Origin: an uncultured bacterium
GTDB taxonomy: Bacteria > Krumholzibacteriota > Krumholzibacteriia > JACNKJ01
Direction of reading: 5' to 3'
Assembly: GCA_963695095.1 (NCBI GenBank)
Contig: CAVOFT010000001.1
Coordinates: forward strand, 32,001 to 96,000
Length of the DNA stretch: 64,000 bases
In this document: positions 21,285-31,426 of the stretch, one piece after another
Numbering within the stretch: position 1 is the first letter of the stretch
Layout: each line of letters starts with the position of its first letter
Notes under the pieces: model-generated
Seen by the model: the letters and a program-made list of their open reading frames with translations, nothing else
What the model was told of the DNA's origin: nothing
Databases searched by the model: none
Translations under genes and position numbers: made by a program

Positions 21285-21360
21285 TTGGACCGGCCCATGG
21301 CAAGAGAGTTTCACCCCAGCGGGCCGGCGGCGAAACCCTTTTTCCGGGGGTCGGGTCAAA
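21285..21360. promoter_or_regulatory. pair of divergent ECF-type promoters
   Basis: Minus: TGAAAC-N16-GGTCCAA; plus: CGAAAC-N17-GGTCAAA. Confidence 0.6.
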
Positions 21361-21389
21361 GCGGGCGGACCAACGAGGAGCACCCCACC

Positions 21390-21860
21390 ATGCACATCGC
21401 GGAGGCAATCATGCAGAGCCTGTTCGGTTTCGCGTTCCTTGCCAGTACGGACGAGATCATCATCCCCATCCTGGCGATCGGCATGTCCCTGTCCATCCCC
21501 ATCATCGTCATCATCGTGGACTACTTCCAGAAGCGCACCAAGGCGCGCATCATCGAGAAGGCGATCGAGAAGGGCGTGCCCATCGAGAACCTGGCCGTGG
21601 ACGAGCCCCGCCGCAACCGCATGCCCTATCGCAGCGGCATGGTGATGGTGGCCGTCGGCATCGGCCTCGCGATCTTCGGCTTCGCCATCGGCGCCGCCAT
21701 GCGGCAGGGTGGCGAAGCGGATTACTACATCCCGCGGGCCGTCTTTGGCGGCAGCGGCGCCCTTGTGCTTCTGATCGGTGTCGCCCTGCTCGTCAACGAC
21801 AAGATGAACTACCAGCGCTTCTTCAACGGCAACGGCAAGGGCGAGCGGAAGGACGACTAG
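21390..21860 (+). CDS. DUF6249-like membrane protein
   Basis: GAGGAG RBS; TM, IEKAIEKG.P, then G..MVAVGIG.. and L.IGVALL TMs; divergent from an ECF sigma. Confidence 0.7.
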   Translation: MHIAEAIMQSLFGFAFLASTDEIIIPILAIGMSLSIPIIVIIVDYFQKRTKARIIEKAIEKGVPIENLAVDEPRRNRMPYRSGMVMVAVGIGLAIFGFAIGAAMRQGGEADYYIPRAVFGGSGALVLLIGVALLVNDKMNYQRFFNGNGKGERKDD

Positions 21861-21905
21861 TCAACGGCTCACGGCTGGTCTCGATGTGCTCGTTCGCTGA
21901 GCGCT

Positions 21906-22880
21906 TCAGCGGGCGGGTACGAATTTTTGAATGCGCGCGTTGAGCGCGTCGGCGACGAAGATGGCGCCGTCGGGTGCGACCGCCACGCTGAAGGGCAGGC
22001 TGAACTCCCCCGCCAGATTCCCCCAGTGTCCCCAGGCACCGAGGTAGACGCCCCCGCGGTCGAAGATCTGGACCCGGTTGTTGCCCTCGGCGACGAAGAG
22101 CTGGTCTTCACCGTCGAAGGCGAGTCCTTGCGGGAAGTTGAACTCGCCCTCGCCGGCACCCACGCCGCCGAAGGTGAAGCGGCAGTCCCCAGTCGCACTG
22201 AACACCTGCACGCGGTGATTGCCGCAGTCGGCCGCGTAGACGTCTCCCAGCGAAGACACCGCCACGCCGGTGACGCGGTTGAACTGCCCCACTGCAGCGC
22301 CGCTGTCGCCCCAGGCGCGCACGAAACCGCCGATGGGATCGAACTGCTGGATGCGGTGGTTGTAGGTGTCGGCCACGTAGACCTTGTTGTCCCCGGTGAC
22401 GACGATGCCTTCCGGCGCCGCGAACTCGCCCTCGCCCGTGCCGCGGCTGCCCCACTTCGCCTGGAAGACACCCTCGGGCGAGAAGCGCTGCACGCGGTGG
22501 TTCCAGGTCTCGGTGACGAACACCGCACCGGTGGGCCCGATCGAGATACCCACGGGGCCACTCAGCTGACCGTCGCCGACGCCCGGACTCCCCCACTTGG
22601 CGACGAAGTTGCCGTTCGCATCGAACTTCTGTATCCGCCCGTTGCCCCAGTCCGCCACGTACACGAAGCCATCGGCGTCGACAGCCACGCCCGCTCCTGT
22701 CGGTCCGTTGAAGAAGACGAACTGTCCATCCGCCGAGCCCGGACTGCCCCAGGCGATAACAAACTCGTAGGGCGGGGCCGGCGGCACCGGGTCGGGTTCA
22801 TCGGGGCTCGAGTCGGCGCAGCCCAGCTGCGCGAGCAGCAGGGCGGCCAGCGTGATCAGCCCATCGCCGACTCCCCTCAC
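21906..22880 (-). CDS. NHL-repeat beta-propeller lipoprotein
   Basis: Lipobox-like QLGC; six G.G.GQF..P.G.AV..G.VYVAD..N.RIQ.F repeats. Confidence 0.9.
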   Translation of the reverse strand: MRGVGDGLITLAALLLAQLGCADSSPDEPDPVPPAPPYEFVIAWGSPGSADGQFVFFNGPTGAGVAVDADGFVYVADWGNGRIQKFDANGNFVAKWGSPGVGDGQLSGPVGISIGPTGAVFVTETWNHRVQRFSPEGVFQAKWGSRGTGEGEFAAPEGIVVTGDNKVYVADTYNHRIQQFDPIGGFVRAWGDSGAAVGQFNRVTGVAVSSLGDVYAADCGNHRVQVFSATGDCRFTFGGVGAGEGEFNFPQGLAFDGEDQLFVAEGNNRVQIFDRGGVYLGAWGHWGNLAGEFSLPFSVAVAPDGAIFVADALNARIQKFVPAR

Positions 22881-22910
22881 ACCCTACCCTCCCCTGCGGC
22901 GGTGACGGCT

Positions 22911-23403
22911 CTACTTCGCGTCCGTCGCGAAGGAGAAGTGCATCTGGACGATCACCCAGCGCCCCTCGCGCTTCGCGAGCACACCCGTCCAGCGCGCGTT
23001 CTCCCAGTTGGCGGGCCTGCCCTGCCAGGTGTTGTAGTCGTCCAGGCGCGCATGATACCAGGCCGTATCGCCCGCGGGCGACAGGCTGATGTACAGGTCC
23101 CTCAGCGCGAAGCCGACCGCCTTGAAATCCTCGTGCATGAAGAAGCCTTCGGTGAGCTCGCTGAAGGCGGCGAAGCCGGCGATGTTGCCCCGGTCGCTGG
23201 GGCTGAAGTAGAAAAGCGATTCGTCCTGCGCGAAGCACTGGTAGAGTCGCGCCTTGTCCTTGGTCACTGCCCAGCCGATGCTGTCTTCGATGACCTGCTT
23301 GATCCGGGCCGTCTCGGCTTCGATATTCACGGCTGGTTTCACGGTGGCGCAGCCTCCCAGTCCCCAGCAGGATGAATCCCGCCAGGACCGCTCTCCAGTG
23401 CAT
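22911..23403 (-). CDS. SnoaL/NTF2-like lipoprotein with one apparent +1 frameshift near 23363
   Basis: MHWRAVLAGFILLG joins LGGCATVKP if one G is removed; RWTGVL.K.EGRW.IVQMHFS; 493 nt = 3n+1. Confidence 0.8.
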
Positions 23404-23458
23404 TCCTCTCCCCATCCCATACCCCCTTGATGTTTCCATCCACGCCAATGCCGCTGCC

Positions 23459-24505
23459 TCAATCGCCGACAGGGGCGGGCTCGCCGCCCGGCGCCAGAAT
23501 CCTGTCGATGGCCGCATCGAGCTGCTGCGGGAAATCCTCCGGGTACCAGTGCCCCATGTTGGGCGTGATGACAAGCTCGCCGTCGAGCCCCAGCCCCTGC
23601 CAGCGCTCCGCCAAGCTGCGCTGCGCGTCGAGCCGGTTATCCAGCTCGCTCGTCAGCAGCGTACCGCGGAGGCCGCGCTTCGCCGCAGCGGCGATCTCCT
23701 CGTCCGTGATCGAGGTCGGCACCTCGGGGCAGAGCGCCACGAAGCCGCAGGCGGGCAGGATACCATGGAAGGCGGCCAGCAGCGAGGCGTAGCCACCCGA
23801 GGAGAACCCGCCAACGAGCAGGTGGTCGGCGTCGATCCGGTAGCTGGCGACCGCCTGCGCATAGGCGGACTCCAGGTCCCGGCGGGTCTGCGCCTCATCG
23901 TGCCAGTGGAAGCCCCGCATGTTGGCGACCTGCGAGGACTGCACGTAGAGGATGATGTGATCCGCCTGCAGCGCCGGCGACGTCCAGTTCGGCTTGAAGG
24001 CCGCCAGGTCCTCGCCTCCGCCGTGCAGCGCCACGAACAGGGGATAGGCCCGGGCCGCGTCGTAGTCGGCGGGCAGGACCACCTCCATCTTCATCGTGGC
24101 CTGGCTCTGCGCCTCCTCGAGGCGCGCGAGGTTCTGCTGCCAGAAGTCCGCGAAGCGCTCGTGCGCCTTGAGTGGGGCCAGCATCTCGTCCTCGAAATCC
24201 CAGCGGCCATAGAAGACCCCCCGCCGGAGCCCATCTTCGAGCGCCTCGATGCCTCCTCCGGGATCCCCGGCCAGTCCGCGCAGGATCGCCAGGTTGTAGG
24301 TGTTCGCCAGGATGTGGTCGGGATAGCGGTCGAGAGCGCGCTCCAGCAGCGCGGCGCCCTCCGCGTACTTCTGCTGCTGGTAGAGCTCGCCGAGGTAGGC
24401 GCGCATTTCCTGGTAGCTGCCCTGCTCGCGCGGGTCTTGCGCGAGGGCGGCGAGGGGCAACAGGATGGCGATCAGGATCGTGAGCACGTTGAGGCGGCGA
24501 TTCAT
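23459..24505 (-). CDS. secreted TPR plus alpha/beta hydrolase (esterase-like)
   Basis: Signal peptide, YNLA TPR-like helix, LHGGG, GFSSGG, D and GH; GGAG RBS. Confidence 0.8.
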   Translation of the reverse strand: MNRRLNVLTILIAILLPLAALAQDPREQGSYQEMRAYLGELYQQQKYAEGAALLERALDRYPDHILANTYNLAILRGLAGDPGGGIEALEDGLRRGVFYGRWDFEDEMLAPLKAHERFADFWQQNLARLEEAQSQATMKMEVVLPADYDAARAYPLFVALHGGGEDLAAFKPNWTSPALQADHIILYVQSSQVANMRGFHWHDEAQTRRDLESAYAQAVASYRIDADHLLVGGFSSGGYASLLAAFHGILPACGFVALCPEVPTSITDEEIAAAAKRGLRGTLLTSELDNRLDAQRSLAERWQGLGLDGELVITPNMGHWYPEDFPQQLDAAIDRILAPGGEPAPVGD

Positions 24506-24691
24506 GGCGACTCCTCCGAGTTTGGCCTTGTTTGGCCTCGTGGACGATCGCGCATTGCAGGTCCGCGGGCAAGCCCAAGCCGGATCGCTTCGGCGCGTCC
24601 GGCGTTGTGATCGGGGTCCGCTATCCCTTATGATGGTGGGGTATCTCATTCGCGCCCTGCGCGCCGGGGCGCTCGACCCGGAGGCGACACC

Positions 24692-26260
24692 ATGGCCGCT
24701 GCCATCCGCGCGGGCATCCTGCTGCTAGCACTCGGAGCGGCCTGGCCCGCACTGGCCGACGACTTCGCGGCCCCCTGCGAGATCTCCGCTGACGGTCGCC
24801 AGCGCGCCGAGGCGGCGGAGTGGATCGGCACCGAGCAGACGGGGTCGCGCTCGCGCGATGTGCCCTACGCCGGCACCCCGGACTGGCAGAACAGCCTGCG
24901 CATGCAGGTGGGCGGCCTGCAGGTGGCCGACGTGAACGGCGACGGGCTCATGGATGTCGTCGTGGGCTGCTACCAGTCGAACAGCTACCCGCCATATCCC
25001 GACTGGTACAACATGATCTACTTCAACATCGGTGGCGAACTGGAGGCGGAGCCCTCCTGGATCTCCGCCGACGAGGTCTCGACGGGCGACATCCAGGTGG
25101 CCCGGATCAACGCGGACGCCTACCCGGACGTCTTCGCCGCCAACGGCGGCGCCGCCATGTCGGCCTCGGTCATCTACTGGGGCGGCCCGAGCGGGCCCGC
25201 GACCACGCCGGGCTGGTACAGCGCCGAGCCGGGCGCGGCCTGGAACAACTACGCCCTGCCCTTCGACATCGACCACGACGGCGACATGGATGTCATCACG
25301 GCCAACCAGGGCAACTCGCCCGAATCGCCCTCGCGGCCGATGTACGCCTTCATCAACGCGGCCGGCGTGCTGCCGACCGTCCCCGGCTGGCAGTCGGCCG
25401 AGTGGATGCTCTCGAACTTCCTGGCCGTGGCCGACCTGGACGGCGACGGCTGGGAGGACCTCGCCGTGTCCAAGTGGGCGAACTACGCGAGCGGGATCTA
25501 CCCCAATGCCGGCGGCATGCTGGCCACGGTGCCCAGCTGGACCACGGGCGACACCGATACGGACAAGGGCGTGGCCTGGGCCGACGTGGACGGCAACGGC
25601 TGGCCCGACCTCGCGCTCGGCCACGATCCCACGCAGCTTTGGAGCAACACGAACGGCACGCTGACACTGACCTGGACCTCGGCGGCCAGCTACTTCGGCC
25701 ACAGCGACCTCCTCTTCTGCGACGTTGACCGCGACGGGGACCCGGATCTGGTCGAGGACCACTTCTCCAACGGGCAGGTGCACATCTACCTGAACCGGGA
25801 GGGCCAGCTCGATGCCGCCCCCACCTGGACCTACGATTCGCCTTCGGTGGGCACGGCCATCGCTCTTGGCGACATCAACGGCGACCAGTGGCCGGACCTC
25901 GTCGTGGGCAACTCGGGCGAACCCTGCGTGAAGGTGTTCTACGCGCAACCGACGACGGCGGTCGGCGCCGCCCCGGCGGGCTTCGCGCGCCTCTTGCCCT
26001 GCCGGCCCAATCCCTTCAATCCCGCCACGGCGATTGTCTTCGAGCTGGAGCTGGACGCGCCGCGCGTCGAGCTGGCCATCTTCGACACCGCGGGACGGCG
26101 AGTCGCCGGCCTGCTCGATGGGCCGGCGAGCGCGGGTCGCCACGAGCTGCGCTGGGACGGCCGCGATGACGCAGGCCGGGCCCTGGAATCCGGCGTCTAT
26201 CTCTGCCGCCTGCGCGCGGGACGACAGGTCGAGGCGCGGAAGCTGACCTTGCTGAAGTAA
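24692..26260 (+). CDS. secreted FG-GAP/VCBS repeat protein with FlgD-Ig/T9SS-type C-terminal domain
   Basis: Seven D.NGDG..D-type loops; PNPFNP..WDGRD..SGVYL..RKLTLLK. Confidence 0.9.
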   Translation: MAAAIRAGILLLALGAAWPALADDFAAPCEISADGRQRAEAAEWIGTEQTGSRSRDVPYAGTPDWQNSLRMQVGGLQVADVNGDGLMDVVVGCYQSNSYPPYPDWYNMIYFNIGGELEAEPSWISADEVSTGDIQVARINADAYPDVFAANGGAAMSASVIYWGGPSGPATTPGWYSAEPGAAWNNYALPFDIDHDGDMDVITANQGNSPESPSRPMYAFINAAGVLPTVPGWQSAEWMLSNFLAVADLDGDGWEDLAVSKWANYASGIYPNAGGMLATVPSWTTGDTDTDKGVAWADVDGNGWPDLALGHDPTQLWSNTNGTLTLTWTSAASYFGHSDLLFCDVDRDGDPDLVEDHFSNGQVHIYLNREGQLDAAPTWTYDSPSVGTAIALGDINGDQWPDLVVGNSGEPCVKVFYAQPTTAVGAAPAGFARLLPCRPNPFNPATAIVFELELDAPRVELAIFDTAGRRVAGLLDGPASAGRHELRWDGRDDAGRALESGVYLCRLRAGRQVEARKLTLLK

Positions 26261-26323
26261 TCGGGGAGGCCGGTTCGCCGAGAGCCGGGAATGGACTGAT
26301 CATGTGACGGGGAGGTGCAGGGC

Positions 26324-27952
26324 ATGGATAGGGGCAGGACATTCGGCATCCGATTCGATTGGCGGCGCTTGATCGCGCTGGCCGCAATGGCGGCTCTGCT
26401 GGGGCTGGACTGCAGCAGCGACAGCGGTACCAGTGCGGGCGATGGCGACGGGCTCATCGGACCCGCCGGCGGCACGGTGGCTGGCAGCGGCGGCGCATCG
26501 GTCGTGATTCCCGCGGGAGCGCTCGCCGTCGAGACCGCAATCAGCGCTGCGGGCCTGGCCGATATTGCCGCCCTGCCCGAGAGCGCGCTGCCCTTCCTGC
26601 CCTTCCTGGGCGGAGCGCAGTTCGGACCCGAGGGCACGGAGTTCGCGCTGCCCGTGACCATCAGCTTCCCCCTCGATCCCCCGCTGCCGCCGGGCACAGC
26701 GGTGAACCTGCTCGTCTGGGACAGCGTCGCGAGCGCCTGGGTGGACGAGGGCTTCGCCGCCACGCTCGCCGCCGACGGCGCCTCCCTCAGCGCCCAGGTC
26801 ACGCACTTCTCCCTCTTTGGCTGCGTGGGCGACGTCTTCGACGCCTTCCACGCCGCCTTCGGCGACGGCTCCACGGCGGATGCCGCCTTCGCGAGCTACG
26901 TGAGCTGGTTCAAGGCCAACGTGACGGATGTGGGGCGCAAGGGTCTCTATCGCGAGGACTGCCACGAGGTGAAGGGGTTGCGCATCGGCCTGGCCTACGA
27001 CGTGGCCTATCTCCCCGACGGCCCGCACTATCAGGGCATTCCCTACATCATGGAAGGCGAGGTGACCGAGCTGCAGGTGACCTTTCATCTGGACTTCGAG
27101 CGGGTGCTGGCCGGCGTGGAGGACTTCAACTACGCCCTCGAGGTGTTCGTCTTCCTCGAGTGCTGCGCGGCCGAGGTGGAGGTGAGCGCCGAGCCGGCCA
27201 GCATCGGCACCGGCGAGACGAGCCAGATCAGCGCCCGGGTGATGTGCGACACGGATGCCATGGCCGGCCAGGTGGTCGACTTTGAGGCCCTGGGCGGTCT
27301 GGGCGAACTCAACCCCGCCGCCGCTACCGTGAATGCCGCCGGCACTGCCAGCAGCACCTTCACCGCGGGGGACGACGAGGGCACCGAGTCCGTGCGCGCC
27401 TCGCTGACGACTTGCGGCGGCGCGGAGACGCCCGACGGCGCCGCGCAGATCGAGATCGGCGGCGACTGGACGGCGGACCTGGACATCGCCTGGGTCCAGG
27501 ACATCGGCGATCCTCCGCTGCTCCAGTTCGCCGACGACATGAGCATGCACCTGAACCTCACGATCGCGGAGGGCGTGATCTCCGGCACGGGCACCGGCAC
27601 GCACGGCATCTCCGTGAGCACGGACGGCGACTGCTGGCAGAGCTCGCTGTCCGCTCCCGGCTTCAGCGTGGTGGTGACGGGCGCCGTGGTCGGCGGGACC
27701 CTGGAATTCGCGGCCATCGCCTACAGCATCCCGCTCGATCTCGTCATCACCTGCCAGCAGGGTGACGATCAGATCGATTATCCCTTCCCGATCTACGGCT
27801 TGCTGGAGTCGGCGCTGATCGCGCAGTACATCTCCGTGGAGCTGCCCTGGGAGAACGGCGCCACGGACTCGGGCTCGGGCAGCGACCCGGCGGGCGGCGA
27901 CATCCCGCTCACCTGGAGCTGGACCTGCACCCTGTCGGGGCCCTCGCGCTGA
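26324..27952 (+). CDS. secreted or lipoprotein with ZU5-like and Big_1 Ig-like domains (start uncertain)
   Basis: IGPAGGTV..V.IPAGAL, FGPEGTEF..PVTI, VTHFS; A.VNAAG.A.STFTAG. Confidence 0.65.
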   Translation: MDRGRTFGIRFDWRRLIALAAMAALLGLDCSSDSGTSAGDGDGLIGPAGGTVAGSGGASVVIPAGALAVETAISAAGLADIAALPESALPFLPFLGGAQFGPEGTEFALPVTISFPLDPPLPPGTAVNLLVWDSVASAWVDEGFAATLAADGASLSAQVTHFSLFGCVGDVFDAFHAAFGDGSTADAAFASYVSWFKANVTDVGRKGLYREDCHEVKGLRIGLAYDVAYLPDGPHYQGIPYIMEGEVTELQVTFHLDFERVLAGVEDFNYALEVFVFLECCAAEVEVSAEPASIGTGETSQISARVMCDTDAMAGQVVDFEALGGLGELNPAAATVNAAGTASSTFTAGDDEGTESVRASLTTCGGAETPDGAAQIEIGGDWTADLDIAWVQDIGDPPLLQFADDMSMHLNLTIAEGVISGTGTGTHGISVSTDGDCWQSSLSAPGFSVVVTGAVVGGTLEFAAIAYSIPLDLVITCQQGDDQIDYPFPIYGLLESALIAQYISVELPWENGATDSGSGSDPAGGDIPLTWSWTCTLSGPSR

Positions 27953-28025
27953 GCGCGGCTCCTGGAGTGCGGTGAAGGCGCTCTGCCGCTCGCACCGGCA
28001 GGCGGCCGGGGAGATCGGGGAGCGG

Positions 28026-29402
28026 CTAGGGGCCCTCGAGCCAGCGGCCGGCCTCGGTGTCGGCACCGCCCTCGACTCCCTGGGCTCCGGCGGCCGCAGC
28101 CTCCAGGTCTTCCAGGCGCAGGCCCTTGAGCGCTGCTTGATCCGCCGCGGGGTAGCACCACATGTGCATGGGATAGGTGTTGCGCAGGGCGCGGATGCTG
28201 GGGCTCGCGTCGTCGATCTCGACGATGCCGCCGTCGCGGCTGCGGATGAGGATGCCGCTGGAGCCCAGGCGGCTCGGGTCGTAGCGCTGGTAGAAGATGT
28301 CCGTGGCGTCCTCGAAGAGGAAGCGGTAGCCCACCTCATCACCGTACTTGGCCGCCATCAGGGCATGGGCGCCCTCGCGCAGGGCGCGGAACTCGGGCGT
28401 TTCCGCCTGCTCGTAGAAGATGCGCACCTTGTAGAGATCGCGCTCCATGATCCGCCGGCAGAGATCCGAGAGCAGCGGATCGGGCTCGCTCATCCACTGC
28501 TTCATGAGCACGGTCATCTCGGCGTCGTCGAGGGAGAGATAGTCGGCCAGGGCCATCTCCTCATCGCCGAGCAGGATGCGAATGAAGGGGTGCTCCGCCG
28601 GCGCGTGGGCGAGGCCACCGCGGCGGGCCAGCTCGCGGGCGCGGCGGATGAGCGCCTTCAGCATGGCCTCGGCGCACCAGACCGTCTTGTGGAAGTAGAC
28701 CTGTCGGTACATGTGGTAGCGCGCCAGCAGGTAGGCCTCCGTGGGATGAAAGCCCTTCACGCCGACGAGCACGGTGTCGAGATCCTCGTCGCGATGCACC
28801 TCGAGGCCGAGGATCAGCCGCTCCAGATCGAAGACGCCGTACTTGACGCCCGTCATCGTGCTGTCGCGCAGGAGATAGTCGAGGCGGTCGGCGTCCACCT
28901 GGCCGGCGATCACGCGGCCGAGGAAGCGCTTCGGGTAGCGGTGCTCGAAGATGGCGGCCACCTGCGCGGGCAAGGCCGGATCGTGGGCCGCGAGCAGGCG
29001 GTTCACGGCCGTCGCCGGGTCCATGATGATGCGCCGCGTCCAGTCCTCGTGGCTGACGCCGAGCACCATCTCGGAGACGTGGCTGAAGGGGCCGTGCCCG
29101 GTGTCGTGCAGCAGCGCCGTCACCCGGGTGGCAAGGCGCTCCTCGGGCGTGATCTCGGCGGTCTTGGCGAGCTGGTCGAGGATGCGTCCGGTCAGGTGCA
29201 TGACGCCGATGCTGTGGGCGAAGCGGCTGTGCTCGGCGCCCTGGTAGACCAGGTTGGTCAGCCCGAGCTGGCGGATGCGGCGCAGGCGCTGGAACTCGGG
29301 CGTCTGCACGAGCGCCCAGATCAGGCGGTCGGCGGGATCGCCGGTGTCCAGGCTGATGATCCCGTGGATGGTGTCCCTGAGGAAGATCTCGCGTCCGGCC
29401 AT
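28026..29402 (-). CDS. HD-domain phosphohydrolase (SAMHD1/YdhJ-like dNTPase family)
   Basis: RD.IHG, FQRLRRIRQLG, HSRFAHSIG, LLHDTGHGPFSH, DADRLDYL.RD, MYRQVYFHK. Confidence 0.92.
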   Translation of the reverse strand: MAGREIFLRDTIHGIISLDTGDPADRLIWALVQTPEFQRLRRIRQLGLTNLVYQGAEHSRFAHSIGVMHLTGRILDQLAKTAEITPEERLATRVTALLHDTGHGPFSHVSEMVLGVSHEDWTRRIIMDPATAVNRLLAAHDPALPAQVAAIFEHRYPKRFLGRVIAGQVDADRLDYLLRDSTMTGVKYGVFDLERLILGLEVHRDEDLDTVLVGVKGFHPTEAYLLARYHMYRQVYFHKTVWCAEAMLKALIRRARELARRGGLAHAPAEHPFIRILLGDEEMALADYLSLDDAEMTVLMKQWMSEPDPLLSDLCRRIMERDLYKVRIFYEQAETPEFRALREGAHALMAAKYGDEVGYRFLFEDATDIFYQRYDPSRLGSSGILIRSRDGGIVEIDDASPSIRALRNTYPMHMWCYPAADQAALKGLRLEDLEAAAAGAQGVEGGADTEAGRWLEGP

Positions 29403-29408
29403 GGGGCG

Positions 29409-29488
29409 AACTTAGGGATGCGCCTCGATCGCGTCAATGGGGCCGGAGCGGGGCCCGGCTTGACGGGAATTCCGAAATTCGTTAAAAT
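29409..29488. promoter_or_regulatory. divergent sigma70 promoters, both predicted leaderless
   Basis: Minus TTGACG-N17-TAAGTT-N6-ATG; plus TTGACG-N17-TAAAAT-N7-ATG; imperfect palindrome GAATT-CCGA-AATTC in the plus spacer. Confidence 0.75.
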
Positions 29489-29495
29489 CAACGAC

Positions 29496-31403
29496 ATGAA
29501 CAACAATTCGGGCCCTGCACTCCTGGAATTCCGCCCCGGCGTGCGCGAGGCCTACCCGGACGTCTACAGCCCGGAGGCCCTGGCCGCCCTCGAGGCCCTG
29601 GCCGCTGCCGGCTTCGAGGCGGAGCGGCGACAGCTCATGGCCGAGCGCCTCGCTCGGCGGGCGGAGCGCGCCCGGCGGCGCGAGCCGATCGGCTTCCTGG
29701 ACCCGACCGCCCGGATCCCCGGTACGGCCCTCAGCGTGGCCCAGGCCCGCGCCGGCGACTTCGCGGGCGGCGAGATCCCCGCCGACCTGGCCCGCCAGTG
29801 GATCCAGGGCACCGGCCCCGGCGCGCGGCCGCGCGCGACCGTGGCCCAGGGCATCCGCAACGTGGCCTACGCCCTGCTCTCGGGCGCCGACGGCTGGATG
29901 TTCGACGGCGAGGACGCCCTCGGCCAGCTCGGCACCATGTCGCTCGACAACCAGCGCAACCTGCGCCTGGCTCTCGCGCGCGACACGCTCTTCATGCACA
30001 GCGCCGAGGTCGTGGCGGCCGAGATGAACGCCTGGGCCGAGGCCTTCTTCGGCCGGCCCATCGTCACGAACTGGGAGCGGCAACTCGACTTCACCACGGT
30101 GATCTTCCGCGCCCGCGGCCTGCACCTGGACGACCGCCACCTTCGCCTCGCCGACGGCAGCGGCTTCTCGGCCTCGATCGTCGACGCCGCGCTCTACATT
30201 GCCGCCAATCACAAGCGCCTGCGCGCGGCGGGCGCCTCGCTCGTGCTCTACCTGCCCAAGATCCAGACGGCCGCCGAGGCTGCGCTCTGGCACCGCCTGC
30301 TCGCGGCGCTCGAGGCCGCGCTCGGCCTGCCGGAAAGCTCGATCCGCACCTATGTGCTCGTCGAGCAGCTCGAGGCCAGCTTCCAGCTCATGGAGATCCG
30401 GGCGGCGCTGGCGCCGCGCTTCGTCGGCTTCAACACCGGCCGCTGGGACTACATCAACAGCGTGGCCGACGCCCTGGCCTGGGACGAGGGCTTTCTCGAT
30501 CCGAACATCGACGCGATCACGATGACCTACGGCTACATGCGCAACTACGAGGACCGCGTGCGCCGGGCCGTGAACACGCCCGACCGCGCCGGGCGCTACG
30601 CCCTCTGGCAGGGCGGCATGGAGCCGAACATCCCGGTGGGCTCGCCCGCCGGGGTCGAGGCCGGCATGGCGCGCGCCATGGCCGGCGCCGAGCGCGAGCA
30701 GGCGGCCGGCGCGAGCGGCAAATGGGTGGCGCACTGGAAGATGGTCCACATCGTGCGGCCGGTCTGGGAGCGGGCGGGCGCCGACAACCAGCTCGGCCGC
30801 CCCTTCCCGCCGCTCGGCTACGGCGCGGCGGATGCGGCGGCGCTCACGCGCCTGGACCCGGCCCCGCGCACGCTGCGCGGCGCCCGGGACCTGATCAGCG
30901 TCGCCCTGCAGTACGGCAATGCCTTCGGCCAGGGCTTCCAGGCCGCCGCGCTCAAGCCCGCCGACTTCTTCGGCAACGACGACGTGCTCTACCTGATGGA
31001 GGACATGGCCACGGGCGAGATCCGCGTGAGCATCCTCTGGGAGTGGCTGCACAAGGGAGCGACCTTCACGGAGCCGGACCCGGCGGCCGGCGTGGCGGCG
31101 GGGGATCCCTTCACCCCCGCGCTCTTCGCCCGCTTGCTCGAGGAGGAGTACGCCAAGCTGCTGGCCGCCGACAATCGCGACGTGCACGCGGTCTCCAAGA
31201 CCACGACCCTGCCCATCGCCAAGCAGATCGTCTTCCGCGCGGTGAGCGATCCGCGCAAGGCGCCCTGGTGCATCGATCTGCTGAACTTGAATCTCGACAA
31301 CGAGGATCTCGCCGAGGCCACGGCGCGCATTGCGCGCTACCTGGACACCCTCGGCCGCGAGGGAGCGCGCCTGACCGCCACTCCCAGCTTCACCGCACTC
31401 TGA
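29496..31403 (+). CDS. aceB: malate synthase
   Basis: ITGP-like [48 protein letters not shown]. Confidence 0.88.
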   Translation: MNNNSGPALLEFRPGVREAYPDVYSPEALAALEALAAAGFEAERRQLMAERLARRAERARRREPIGFLDPTARIPGTALSVAQARAGDFAGGEIPADLARQWIQGTGPGARPRATVAQGIRNVAYALLSGADGWMFDGEDALGQLGTMSLDNQRNLRLALARDTLFMHSAEVVAAEMNAWAEAFFGRPIVTNWERQLDFTTVIFRARGLHLDDRHLRLADGSGFSASIVDAALYIAANHKRLRAAGASLVLYLPKIQTAAEAALWHRLLAALEAALGLPESSIRTYVLVEQLEASFQLMEIRAALAPRFVGFNTGRWDYINSVADALAWDEGFLDPNIDAITMTYGYMRNYEDRVRRAVNTPDRAGRYALWQGGMEPNIPVGSPAGVEAGMARAMAGAEREQAAGASGKWVAHWKMVHIVRPVWERAGADNQLGRPFPPLGYGAADAAALTRLDPAPRTLRGARDLISVALQYGNAFGQGFQAAALKPADFFGNDDVLYLMEDMATGEIRVSILWEWLHKGATFTEPDPAAGVAAGDPFTPALFARLLEEEYAKLLAADNRDVHAVSKTTTLPIAKQIVFRAVSDPRKAPWCIDLLNLNLDNEDLAEATARIARYLDTLGREGARLTATPSFTAL

Positions 31404-31426
31404 GACCCCAAGACCGAGGATACGAC

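Noticed and set aside
28026..29402. HD dNTPase as an anti-phage system
   Set aside because: Host-like composition, housekeeping neighbours, no defence partners
27972..29495. N-terminal extension of malate synthase to 1143 aa
   Set aside because: Antisense to the HD gene; a promoter directly precedes ATG 29496
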